NCBI GenBank assembly: GCA_043817075.1
Contig: JBDRHG010000023.1
Span: 11,315 to 75,314 of the forward strand
From: an archaeon
GTDB lineage: Archaea > Nanobdellota > Nanobdellia > Woesearchaeales > JAADFO01
DNA: 64,000 nt
Direction: 5' to 3'
In this document: piece after piece, positions 36,271 to 45,008 of the stretch
How positions within the stretch are numbered: position 1 is the first letter of the stretch
Layout: each line of letters begins with the position of its first letter
Notes under the pieces: generated by a model
Told to the model about the DNA's origin: nothing
The model's database searches: none
What the model saw: the letters and a program-made list of their open reading frames with translations, nothing else
Position numbers and translations under genes: made by a program

Positions 36271-37028
36271 TCTGGACCAAGAAGGGTTCGACGTCGCTGA
36301 CCACCAAGACGCTCTACGCGGTCTTCCTCGTCATCTTCCTCTCTTTCATCGCGTTTACCGTGGTCAACTCCAGGTCGTCGGTCCTGTCACAGAAAGAATT
36401 CTTCGATTCCCATAGGCATGTCGACAATTTCTTCGCCGCGCTCCTGACCAGTCCCTGTACTGTCCAGGAGCATTATCCTGTCATCGATGGCCGGACGAGC
36501 GACCGAAACTACCAGATCGAGACCGAGGGCTATCTCATGGTGGACAAGCTGACCTATCTCGACAAGGAGAACAAGGACATCTATTGCGTCGACAGCTACC
36601 ATTTCCTCTATACGGTCATCATCGAGGACCTCATGAACAAGAAGGAATGGGTGTTGGGGCTCCGTGGTGAGCCGAACTGGGCCTATGGCGACCAGGGGAC
36701 GCATGTGATCTCCCGGTCTTACCCGGTCGCGCTCAACTATAATTTCGCTGAGATCCATCCTGGATATGCCACCATATATGCCTATGTCGGAGACATCCCG
36801 CGGCTGTACGGCACCATCAAGATGGCCTGCGTCGCCCGTGATCAGCGGTCATTGTCGCTCGATCTGCCAGTGGATATCAAGTTCACGACCGAATATGGGG
36901 AATTCTGCATAGGCGCGGAATGCTTCTTCGCTTTCTTTCCCTGCAGGGTGAAGGAATTCTCCATCCCTGCTGGAGAAAGGCTCGTTCTCATCACACCGAA
37001 GGATGACGGCGTCGAGGTGATGGTCTGA
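36267..37028 (+). CDS. Cluster protein D: prepilin-like N-terminus
   Basis: MIWTKKGSTSLTTKTLYAVFLVIFLSFIAF. I chose ATG 36267, which forms an ATGA overlap with the stop of protein C and has GGAGG 8 nt upstream. Confidence 0.7.
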   Translation: MIWTKKGSTSLTTKTLYAVFLVIFLSFIAFTVVNSRSSVLSQKEFFDSHRHVDNFFAALLTSPCTVQEHYPVIDGRTSDRNYQIETEGYLMVDKLTYLDKENKDIYCVDSYHFLYTVIIEDLMNKKEWVLGLRGEPNWAYGDQGTHVISRSYPVALNYNFAEIHPGYATIYAYVGDIPRLYGTIKMACVARDQRSLSLDLPVDIKFTTEYGEFCIGAECFFAFFPCRVKEFSIPAGERLVLITPKDDGVEVMV

Positions 37029-37516
37029 TGAAGAAGGCCCAGATGCAAGAATTCATAGGTATCGTCCTCCTGATCCTCGCACTCGTCATGTTCGTCATGT
37101 TCGATCGCGTCAGCTCGACGGATTCAGCCCTCTCGAGGGCTGAGAGTATAGCGGAAGGGCGTGGAAGAGGGAATATCTGGGCAGGAGCCAATATCATGCT
37201 CTATTCCACGTTGGAGGGTGTCATGCTCATCAATCTGCTTGGAGACCATGTCTGCAAGAATGTGACCGAGGTGACTTATGGTAGGAATAGAAACATTAAT
37301 ATATCCAATTTTCTCATGACGGTATTAACTGCCTATTACGGGGAAGGACACTGGTCTTTCGAGCTCCGCTCGGTGAACGGGACCAAGTGCTATAATCCTG
37401 GGCTCTTCCATCGCTCATGCGCCTTCCCCGACGAGCTCGATTACAGGGCATACGACATTACACATCCAATGCCCTGCACAAGAAGCTTTGGAGAGGGGAC
37501 GCTCTATGTCTATTAA
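37028..37516 (+). CDS. Cluster protein E: prepilin-like N-terminus
   Basis: MKKAQMQEFIGIVLLILALVMFVMF. Its ATG overlaps the preceding stop (TGATG). Confidence 0.7.
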   Translation: MKKAQMQEFIGIVLLILALVMFVMFDRVSSTDSALSRAESIAEGRGRGNIWAGANIMLYSTLEGVMLINLLGDHVCKNVTEVTYGRNRNINISNFLMTVLTAYYGEGHWSFELRSVNGTKCYNPGLFHRSCAFPDELDYRAYDITHPMPCTRSFGEGTLYVY

Positions 37517-39371
37517 AAAAAGAGGACAGATGTTTACCTTGATTTTCTTTATTGCCATCATCATCGGCATATTCGTGCTGGTGCAATACACACGACAGGA
37601 CTACGAGGTCCAGTTGCAGGACGGTCAGACGGCTGAAGAAGCCGCCCGTCTCGTGCTGGATTCTGTGATCAACGCTCTCAAGGGCGAGGTCACTGCCGTG
37701 TTGCGGGACTCGGCTGAGCAGGCCGTGTTCGATTCGGCTGCCGCAGCCATCGATGCTGAGAACGGTTATCTCGTATCGTATGGTCTGAGCTCTATGCCTC
37801 CTTTGGCTGAGGCCAAGGACAACCTTGAGGCGCGCACGCTCGATTATTGCAATGCGTGGTTGTCTGACCTCAACGGCAAGGAGCTCAACGGCGCGGTGAT
37901 CGAATCCGAGGGGACGCTCTCACAGATCACTGTATGGGTCGACGAGCTCGACCTGGTGAGCGGCGACCGTGACGAGGCCTTCAATATCAGCGGAGAGGCA
38001 GCGACCGGTCCCATCATCGCGGTGGAGCCGTCGGTCGTCGAGATGAATGTGGATGATGAGTTCACCTTCGACATCACGTTGAACAATGTGGAAGGCGCCA
38101 ACGTCGCATTCTATGTGCTCACCTATGATCCTGCCAAGCTGCAGATCGTCAACCCTGCTCTGGACATATCGGAAGGATTGTTCTTCAAGGAAGCCGGTTC
38201 GACCACCACTTTTACCCCTTATAGTGAAGCGGTGGGTAAATATGAGATCCTGCTCGCCATGATGGATGAGACCTCCGGAGCTTCCGGCAAGGGCAACATC
38301 ACCACCATCAAGTTCAAGGCGCTCGAGCTGGGTGAGACCTACATCACCATCGAGTCCGGCAGGGTCGGCCTCAACACGGACCAGGTCTTCAACACGGAAG
38401 ACAATTCGCTCAGCGTCAACAGGGCCCAAGTCGTCATCAAGGACGGCGAGCTCGCCGATCCGGTCTATCCCAAATACGGTGAGGCAGGCAAGCTGACCAG
38501 CAGTTTCGAGATCACCTCTGGCAACGGTCAGGGTCTCAGAGAGGAAGTGGAAGTCCCCTACTCCTTCACCACCCAAGTCCAGGGTCTTCGCTATTGGTAT
38601 GTGTATCGACACCTGTACGGATGGGTCCAGCAGGACGTCATCTCTGAGAAGACCTGCGCCCACATGCCTATCGTCAAGGGCAATGCCTCCAATGAGCCGG
38701 ACAATCCGACTCCTGGATGGCTCGAATGCTATGCGCCCGGCATGACCGACGAAGTGGTCGATACGATCGTCGACGAGAGCATGGCTGATCTCATGGCAAG
38801 AATGGACGGCGACGTCCAATGCACTTGGGACATCCCCTGCAGGTTCGTCGAGACTGAATTCATCTGGAAGGATCCTTGCGAAGGCGAGGATGTCGACTAC
38901 GCCACATGCGTGGGTTGGCCTTGCCAGGCCTACGAATCGAATGACAGCTGCTTTGCCGGCGGTTGCAGGACTGATGAGAACTGTGAGGCCTATGGAGATT
39001 ATGGTAGTCCGGGTTGCCAGGACCCCAAACCGATTAACTACACTGGTCAATACGTGAGGAAGACCGGGACACCGGTCATCGCCAATAACTACCATCCCTC
39101 GGGATCGATCACGTATTCGGAGAAGCACCATATCCGTTTCCTCGTCGATGTCCAATGCGTCGACAGGGCCAGTGTGGACACCAATCTGGGTGAGTTGACC
39201 TGGGATTTCAAGCTGCATGTGTCCATGGACAGAGGCGATGAGCCTGACGATCCGCCATGCCCCTGCGAAATCGGTGGCGGCGGTGGCGGTGGTACTGCGC
39301 CTGAGCCTGAAGACCCAGATAATGATAACAGCGACAACACGCAGTCAAAGACCAAGACTACAACCAATTAG
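37506..39371 (+). CDS. Cluster protein F: prepilin-like N-terminus plus cohesin-like module
   Basis: MSIKKRGQMFTLIFFIAIIIGIFVLV (ATG 37506; the ORF-track start 37488 is TTG). The segment IIAVEPSVVEMNVDDEFTFDITLNNVEGANVAFYVLTYDPAKLQIV...GKGNITTIKFKALELGETYITIESGRV follows the cohesin pattern. C-terminal Cys-rich part and a G7 tract. Confidence 0.7.
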   Translation: MSIKKRGQMFTLIFFIAIIIGIFVLVQYTRQDYEVQLQDGQTAEEAARLVLDSVINALKGEVTAVLRDSAEQAVFDSAAAAIDAENGYLVSYGLSSMPPLAEAKDNLEARTLDYCNAWLSDLNGKELNGAVIESEGTLSQITVWVDELDLVSGDRDEAFNISGEAATGPIIAVEPSVVEMNVDDEFTFDITLNNVEGANVAFYVLTYDPAKLQIVNPALDISEGLFFKEAGSTTTFTPYSEAVGKYEILLAMMDETSGASGKGNITTIKFKALELGETYITIESGRVGLNTDQVFNTEDNSLSVNRAQVVIKDGELADPVYPKYGEAGKLTSSFEITSGNGQGLREEVEVPYSFTTQVQGLRYWYVYRHLYGWVQQDVISEKTCAHMPIVKGNASNEPDNPTPGWLECYAPGMTDEVVDTIVDESMADLMARMDGDVQCTWDIPCRFVETEFIWKDPCEGEDVDYATCVGWPCQAYESNDSCFAGGCRTDENCEAYGDYGSPGCQDPKPINYTGQYVRKTGTPVIANNYHPSGSITYSEKHHIRFLVDVQCVDRASVDTNLGELTWDFKLHVSMDRGDEPDDPPCPCEIGGGGGGGTAPEPEDPDNDNSDNTQSKTKTTTN

Positions 39372-39420
39372 GCCCTCAGGGCCATTTTTTATCTTTCTTT
39401 TCCTTCTCTCTTTTTGCAAA

Positions 39421-39430
39421 CCTTTAAATA
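39421..39430 (+). promoter_or_regulatory. Putative internal TATA box (CCTTTAAATA) before the FlaJ/TadC-like gene
   Basis: Lies in the 83-nt gap after protein F, which also holds T-rich runs (CCATTTTTTATCTTTCTTTTCC). Centred ~29 nt upstream of ATG 39455. Confidence 0.4.
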
Positions 39431-39454
39431 GCCACCTTGCGGGAAAACAGTCAG

Positions 39455-41620
39455 ATGGTCGACGGTTACGGTAACATCTCGGACATCGAAAAAGAGGTGG
39501 CGGCAAAGCTCCGGTCCATGGAGACCGATGGGACCAACGAGCTCGATATCTTCTCTGGCTCATACAAAGAGTTCAAGGAGGAGGAGCGAAAGGAGTATGC
39601 CCTAAATACCTTCTTCGAGCGCTACTGCAAGTTCGCTTCTGGCTACCTCAACTTCTTCAAGCTCAAGGACAAGACCAAAGAGGAGATGCAAGAGAGCATC
39701 GACATCGCCGGATTCACCCGCATCACACCTGAGGATGTGTTGGCATCGAGCGTGTTCACCTTGATCGCAGGACTCTTCCTGGCGTTGCCCTTCTTCATCA
39801 TGTCTTTCCGAGACTTCTCCTATTTCCTTGTCGCCAGCGGCATGTTCATGGCATATGCCGGATTCTCCTATCCCGCTTTCTTCGCCCAGATCACCAAGAT
39901 GAAGGCGCAAGAGGAATCGATCCTGGCCATCCTCTACATCACTATCTACATGCGGGTCAGTCCGGTGTTGGAGAACGGCATGTATTTCGCCATCCAGCAT
40001 CTCAACGGGCCTTTGGGCAAGGACATCAAGGCCATGCTCTGGATGCTGGACATGGGAAAAGCGTCTTCTGTGGAGACTGCCATGAAGCCTTTCATGGACT
40101 TATGGATCAAGCGTAATCCCGACTTCGTCAAGGCCTTCTTGACCCTTCACTCTGTTCTCGACCAGGACAGCGAAGCGGAGCGCGAGAAGATCCTGGAGAA
40201 GTCGTTGCACACCATCCTGGACAACACCTTCATCAAGATGAAGCACTATTCGCATGACCTCAAGACGCCGGTACTGCTGCTGCACACCTTCGGGATGATG
40301 CTGCCGCTGATCGGACTCATCGCTTTCCCCATGGTCAGCGTGTTCATGTCCGACTCCATCAGGATCGAATACCTCTTCTTCGGCTACATCGTGGTGCTGC
40401 CATTATTGCTCTTCTTCCTGACCAAGCGCATCCTTGCCAAACGTCCGGGCGCGTTCTCCTTTCCAGACCTCAAGGAGAATCCCTATCTCCCTCCTGAAGG
40501 GATGTACATGCTCACCTTCAACAACAAGCGGTACTATATCCCTGTGTTCAGGGTCGCGATCGCCATCGGCATCATCATCATGCTGCCTGGGATCGCTTGG
40601 GTGATCACCCACACCATCCCGGAGACCATGATGGTCATGCAGCAGGCCGCCGACGTAGGTATGCAGGGCGTCGGCCAGATAGCAGCAGAAGGCGAATACA
40701 CATTCGTCGCGATGATGTTCACTCTGCTCATCCCGCTCGGGCTCGCGCTCACGTTCTCCATATACTTCTACTTCCGAAGCATCCAACGGCTAAGGGTGAG
40801 GAATTCCATCGTAGAGATCGAAGAGGACCTCGATGAGGCGCTGTTCCAGCTCGGCCAACAGTTCACTGACGAGGTGCCCATAGAGATTGGACTGCAGAAC
40901 TATATCCGAGACGCTCAGATGCTCAACCTCAAGCAACGTAGCATCTTCCATTTCTTCAAGCTGACCATGGACCGTATCCAGGAAGAGGGGGTGACGTTCT
41001 CCAACGCCGTGTTCGACAAGACCAATGGCATCATCATCCGATACCCGTCGATCCTGATGCAGGAGATCATGTGGATCGTGGTGGAGGGCACCAAGAAAGG
41101 CGCCAAGACGCTGTACACAATCATGACCAAGATCAGCGTCTACCTCAACAACACCAAGAAGATCAAAGAGCTCATCTACGACCTGCTCACCGAGACCGTA
41201 TCCTCCATCAATGTCCAGGCGAAGTTCTTCTCGCCCTTCCTGTCCGCCATCGTAGGAAGCCTTACGTTCATCATCGTCCAGGTGCTCTGGCAGATGGCGA
41301 AACGGTTGGAGAACATCATGAAGATCCTCAACTTCGGGTCGGGAGACGACACGTCGTTCTTCTCCGACCTCATCAACTTCACCCGCATCATCCCGCCCAC
41401 TGTCTTCCAGATATTGGTCGGCATCTATCTCGTCGAGACCGTGATGCTGCTCTCTGTGCTCGCCAGCGGAGTGGAGAGCGGATTCGACAAGGTGAATAGG
41501 GACGTGACCATTGGGAAGAACCTATTGTATGCCATCATCACCTATATGGTGCTCACCATCATGGGCATCATCGCACTGCAGGGACTCATAGAGAGCGGCA
41601 TCGCATCGACAGGAGCGTGA
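39455..41620 (+). CDS. Cluster protein G: polytopic membrane protein, FlaJ/TadC/T2SS-F-like platform (tentative)
   Basis: 721 aa from ATG 39455 (the ORF-track start 39437 is TTG). It contains two copies of a soluble helical segment followed by TM helices. The segments GPLGKDIKAMLWMLDMGKASSVETAMKPF and EEDLDEALFQLGQQFTDEVPIEIGLQNYI resemble the T2SS-F repeat. This is assigned by pattern only. Confidence 0.5.
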   Translation: MVDGYGNISDIEKEVAAKLRSMETDGTNELDIFSGSYKEFKEEERKEYALNTFFERYCKFASGYLNFFKLKDKTKEEMQESIDIAGFTRITPEDVLASSVFTLIAGLFLALPFFIMSFRDFSYFLVASGMFMAYAGFSYPAFFAQITKMKAQEESILAILYITIYMRVSPVLENGMYFAIQHLNGPLGKDIKAMLWMLDMGKASSVETAMKPFMDLWIKRNPDFVKAFLTLHSVLDQDSEAEREKILEKSLHTILDNTFIKMKHYSHDLKTPVLLLHTFGMMLPLIGLIAFPMVSVFMSDSIRIEYLFFGYIVVLPLLLFFLTKRILAKRPGAFSFPDLKENPYLPPEGMYMLTFNNKRYYIPVFRVAIAIGIIIMLPGIAWVITHTIPETMMVMQQAADVGMQGVGQIAAEGEYTFVAMMFTLLIPLGLALTFSIYFYFRSIQRLRVRNSIVEIEEDLDEALFQLGQQFTDEVPIEIGLQNYIRDAQMLNLKQRSIFHFFKLTMDRIQEEGVTFSNAVFDKTNGIIIRYPSILMQEIMWIVVEGTKKGAKTLYTIMTKISVYLNNTKKIKELIYDLLTETVSSINVQAKFFSPFLSAIVGSLTFIIVQVLWQMAKRLENIMKILNFGSGDDTSFFSDLINFTRIIPPTVFQILVGIYLVETVMLLSVLASGVESGFDKVNRDVTIGKNLLYAIITYMVLTIMGIIALQGLIESGIASTGA

Positions 41621-41991
41621 AGAGAATCGAAACTGGAATATTCAGGTACGGCATGATCCTTCTCGGCTTCATCATGGCCGGGCTCCTGATAGCATTCGCC
41701 CTCAAGGCGTCCTACACCATCGACATCGACATCGACCATCGGGAACAGCATGTCGAGGGCGACTCTGAGACGATCATTACGGTGATACCTAAGTTGTGTG
41801 ATGCCTGCATGAGCAAGAGAGATGTGGACAGGGACTGCTATCTCCTGTACGCGACCATCACCGACGGTCAGATAACGGCTGATGATCTCAGTATATACAA
41901 TATGGAAGACCTCGATGTGCCCGGGGCCGGAAATTATATATTCAAGATACAATCAGAAGAGAACAACTGCACGGTGAGGCAAATTGGCTAG
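41617..41991 (+). CDS. Cluster protein H: small prepilin-like protein
   Basis: GTG start in a GTGA overlap with the stop of G. (V)KRIETGIFRYGMILLGFIMAGLLIAFAL. Its C-terminal Cys pattern is related to I/J/L. Confidence 0.55.
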   Translation: MKRIETGIFRYGMILLGFIMAGLLIAFALKASYTIDIDIDHREQHVEGDSETIITVIPKLCDACMSKRDVDRDCYLLYATITDGQITADDLSIYNMEDLDVPGAGNYIFKIQSEENNCTVRQIG

Positions 41992-42931
41992 GAAAAGACG
42001 CAACAAGAAGGAAGGAGACATCGCGATCAACACCATCTTCGTCATATTCGTCGCGGCGATCAGCATCCTGTTGCTCATCGCGCTGTTCGCAGGCAAACTG
42101 CCGACGTTCGCCAAGACCATCTATTGCAAGACCTTCTTCCGCATCCAGTCATCGACGTATTTCCCTGAAGCCATCCGCGTGGACACCGATTTCTGCGCCT
42201 CGGAAGGGCGTATGGGAAGCCATTACATTTTCAAGCAGGAAGATGTGCTGCGGGAATTCTCTGACGGGCAACAGGTGTTCAGGCACCAAGGAAGTGGTGT
42301 GGATGGTTATCTTTCAGCTCCGTTGACCGTTCCGAACAGCGAGATCCTCGACGCGACCGCTGAGGTGGTGGTTCTGGAATCGATCGGATTGGGTGATCCA
42401 GTCACCCTCAGCTTCAACGTGGGGGACCGCACAATCCCACCACGTTCTATCCTAGCATTCCCTGTGAACGAACCTATACGGGTGAACTTCGCCACTTTCC
42501 TCGAAACAGCCATGGCTGCATGCACAGGTCCTGAATGCGAGTTCGACCTAAATTTCTGGTATGGATCAACCAATCCAGCATATGGGATCCGTTACGCGGT
42601 CCAGAATCTTGAGATCACCTATGAGCGCTGCTTCGTAAAGGAGGAAATCATCGCGGGTATGTTGGCCTGCTATGAGAAGGCCTCCTACGGCGAGCGCAGA
42701 ACGAGCCTCATCTGCGACGAGCTCACGCTCGATCCTAGCTGTGAGGAAAGCTATCCGATCACAGATGCTACGGTGGCGACGACGCTTTGGGAGAACGGTC
42801 TCTGCGAGGTCCTCACGAATGGCGATGTTTGTCTCGGGGACAATGTGGATTTCGAGCTGGACGAGGTCACGAAACGCACCAATGTCCTGATTGAATATAT
42901 AGGCGATACGCGCCATATCCGGGTGAGCTAA
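41984..42931 (+). CDS. Cluster protein I: prepilin-like N-terminus plus shared C-terminal module
   Basis: TTG start with GGTGAGG 5 nt upstream and no in-frame ATG before the TM. ARKRRNKKEGDIAINTIFVIFVAAISILLLIALF. Ends ...TNVLIEYIGDTRHIRVS. Confidence 0.65.
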   Translation: MARKRRNKKEGDIAINTIFVIFVAAISILLLIALFAGKLPTFAKTIYCKTFFRIQSSTYFPEAIRVDTDFCASEGRMGSHYIFKQEDVLREFSDGQQVFRHQGSGVDGYLSAPLTVPNSEILDATAEVVVLESIGLGDPVTLSFNVGDRTIPPRSILAFPVNEPIRVNFATFLETAMAACTGPECEFDLNFWYGSTNPAYGIRYAVQNLEITYERCFVKEEIIAGMLACYEKASYGERRTSLICDELTLDPSCEESYPITDATVATTLWENGLCEVLTNGDVCLGDNVDFELDEVTKRTNVLIEYIGDTRHIRVS

Positions 42932-42947
42932 GATCAAGAAAGGAGAC

Positions 42948-45005
42948 ATGTCCATACAATTCATCGCGGCGATACTCATCACTATAGTCGGCATCACCTT
43001 AGCGCTAGGGAGCGGGCTCCGCTACATGAGCTCAGACAATGTCTACTGCGACACCTATTACAAGGTCAAGGGCGGCCTCTGGGCCAACAAGCGAGATGTG
43101 AACTGCGCACAGAACGTCAGGCTCGGCATCTTGAGCATCGAGATGCTCCAGGAACAGCAGAAACTCTTCGCCTCCAATGTCCCGGAAATGTCGTTCGATT
43201 TCCGGGAGGCCGATTCTTACACGTTCGACTTCTCTGTCCCTGGAGGTTCACTCATCACCGAGGCGGTGATAGGCATCGAGCTGCAGAAGGCGAAGATACA
43301 GAACTTCTCCACACCCAATGTCAACAATGTGCCCAGCGACATCCTCAACTTCCCCCGTGAAGGCGGGGAGCGGACCATGACAGTACGGGTACCGAAAGAT
43401 GCCCATATCACCAATGCCAAGATGCGGCTGACCGGCGTCGATATCCCTGGCATGGCAGACATCGTGTTCATCATCGACACCTCCGGAAGCATGACCGATG
43501 AATGGGCCTCGGTCTGCACCGCTATCGGAGAAGTGGCCGAAGCAGTAAGTGAGACCACAGACCTCGTGGTATGGGTCTATTCCCTTGCCGATAACGGCAA
43601 GAACTGTCCGCTGATAGACGGTATCCAGATGCATAATGCGGATCTTGACCAGAACCTTCTTGGAAGATATTGGGGTGAATGGTGTATAGGAGGCAACCCT
43701 GATTGCGTGTTCGTCAACATACCAGAATATGTGGAAGACATGGTTCCCCATGACCTATACAAGGAGGCCTGGGGGATAGGGACTTATTACATCATCCGGC
43801 AGCGACCTGGTCTGCGGGATAATTCCAAGATCATCCTCGTCCCCGTCTCGGACTCTGATCCGACGGGTGGTGGCGCATTGGATGACTATCTGTTGATCAC
43901 TGATTCTTGGCAAGGTATAGGTCCTTGGGGTCCGGAGGGAATCTTCCGAGGAACAGAGCAACGCGTCATCGACATGATCAGAGGGGATCCTCCTACCATC
44001 ACAGGAGTCCTGACTCCATACGATTATATCTTTCCTGTCTATGGGAATCTCGTCAACCGCAACAAGCCTGAGCCGGATCCCTATGAAGGCTATGAGGTGG
44101 GTTATTCGCGGGCTGACTGTTTCGCATCGCATCCGCGTTGTGCCCAGGTGCTCACCTGGATGGATCAGTTGGCCGATGCGTCTGGGGGAACGGTCAGCGG
44201 GTATACCGACACTGCTTTGCTCATCCAGGCTGTGCAGACCGCCATCAACACGTCTTACCCTGAGGATCTCCGAGGTGATATCGATGGCTTCGAATTCTTC
44301 TTCCATGCCGACGAGCTCAACCGGACCAATTCACCCATCTTCGCTGAGTTCTGGAAACAGCTGGATTTAGCCCTTGATGTTTGCATACCCGACGGGAATG
44401 GCTGGTGCGACCTTGAGATCACTTTCTACTCCTCGAACGAGGGGAGTCTTGCCATCGATAGTCTCATCATAGAATACGTGCTTCCTATCGATGAGGTGAC
44501 CGTCCGTCTTAACGGAGTCGATTTCCGTGCTGGACCGATAGGTGTCGATGATGAGGTATTCGTCGACTTCACGGACCTTCTCCGGAGGATGATCAATGAG
44601 ACCTGCGATGTGAGAGAGTGTCCGGTGGAGCTTTCTATCCGGACGACTAACTACGAATCCCTTCTCAAGGTCACAGACCTTTCTGTTGACTACGATCTCT
44701 ACCTGTTGGAGGAGACCTTGGTTTCACGTATCTTCGACTGCTGGGACAAGGCGTCCCGTGGTCAGTCCCGCAAAGACATCCTGTGTGAGGAGTTCGTCGT
44801 GCCGCATGACTACAAATTCATCGAGCCCATCACCGAGGCGAGGCTGACATCCATCATCCTAGACAGGAACAGCTGTCATATCATCCCAAACGAGCCGCAT
44901 GGTTGCGGTCGAGGGGATACTTTTGACATGACGAAAGATATAAATAGCGTCACCAACATTTTGATAGAATACGACACCGACGCAAAACGCATCATCGTAA
45001 GCTGA
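42948..45005 (+). CDS. Cluster protein J: N-terminal anchor, vWA (MIDAS) domain, shared C-terminal module
   Basis: MSIQFIAAILITIVGITLALG. MIDAS motif DIVFIIDTSGSMTDEW. Ends ...TNILIEYDTDAKRIIVS. AAGGAGA Shine-Dalgarno upstream. Confidence 0.75.
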   Translation: MSIQFIAAILITIVGITLALGSGLRYMSSDNVYCDTYYKVKGGLWANKRDVNCAQNVRLGILSIEMLQEQQKLFASNVPEMSFDFREADSYTFDFSVPGGSLITEAVIGIELQKAKIQNFSTPNVNNVPSDILNFPREGGERTMTVRVPKDAHITNAKMRLTGVDIPGMADIVFIIDTSGSMTDEWASVCTAIGEVAEAVSETTDLVVWVYSLADNGKNCPLIDGIQMHNADLDQNLLGRYWGEWCIGGNPDCVFVNIPEYVEDMVPHDLYKEAWGIGTYYIIRQRPGLRDNSKIILVPVSDSDPTGGGALDDYLLITDSWQGIGPWGPEGIFRGTEQRVIDMIRGDPPTITGVLTPYDYIFPVYGNLVNRNKPEPDPYEGYEVGYSRADCFASHPRCAQVLTWMDQLADASGGTVSGYTDTALLIQAVQTAINTSYPEDLRGDIDGFEFFFHADELNRTNSPIFAEFWKQLDLALDVCIPDGNGWCDLEITFYSSNEGSLAIDSLIIEYVLPIDEVTVRLNGVDFRAGPIGVDDEVFVDFTDLLRRMINETCDVRECPVELSIRTTNYESLLKVTDLSVDYDLYLLEETLVSRIFDCWDKASRGQSRKDILCEEFVVPHDYKFIEPITEARLTSIILDRNSCHIIPNEPHGCGRGDTFDMTKDINSVTNILIEYDTDAKRIIVS

Positions 45006-45008
45006 AAA

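Noticed and set aside
37920-39218. 432-aa minus-strand ORF opposite cluster gene F
   Set aside because: It is antisense to the cohesin-like gene, whose frame is supported by domain patterns and operon coupling. The antisense product is low-complexity (D/G/R/V-rich).
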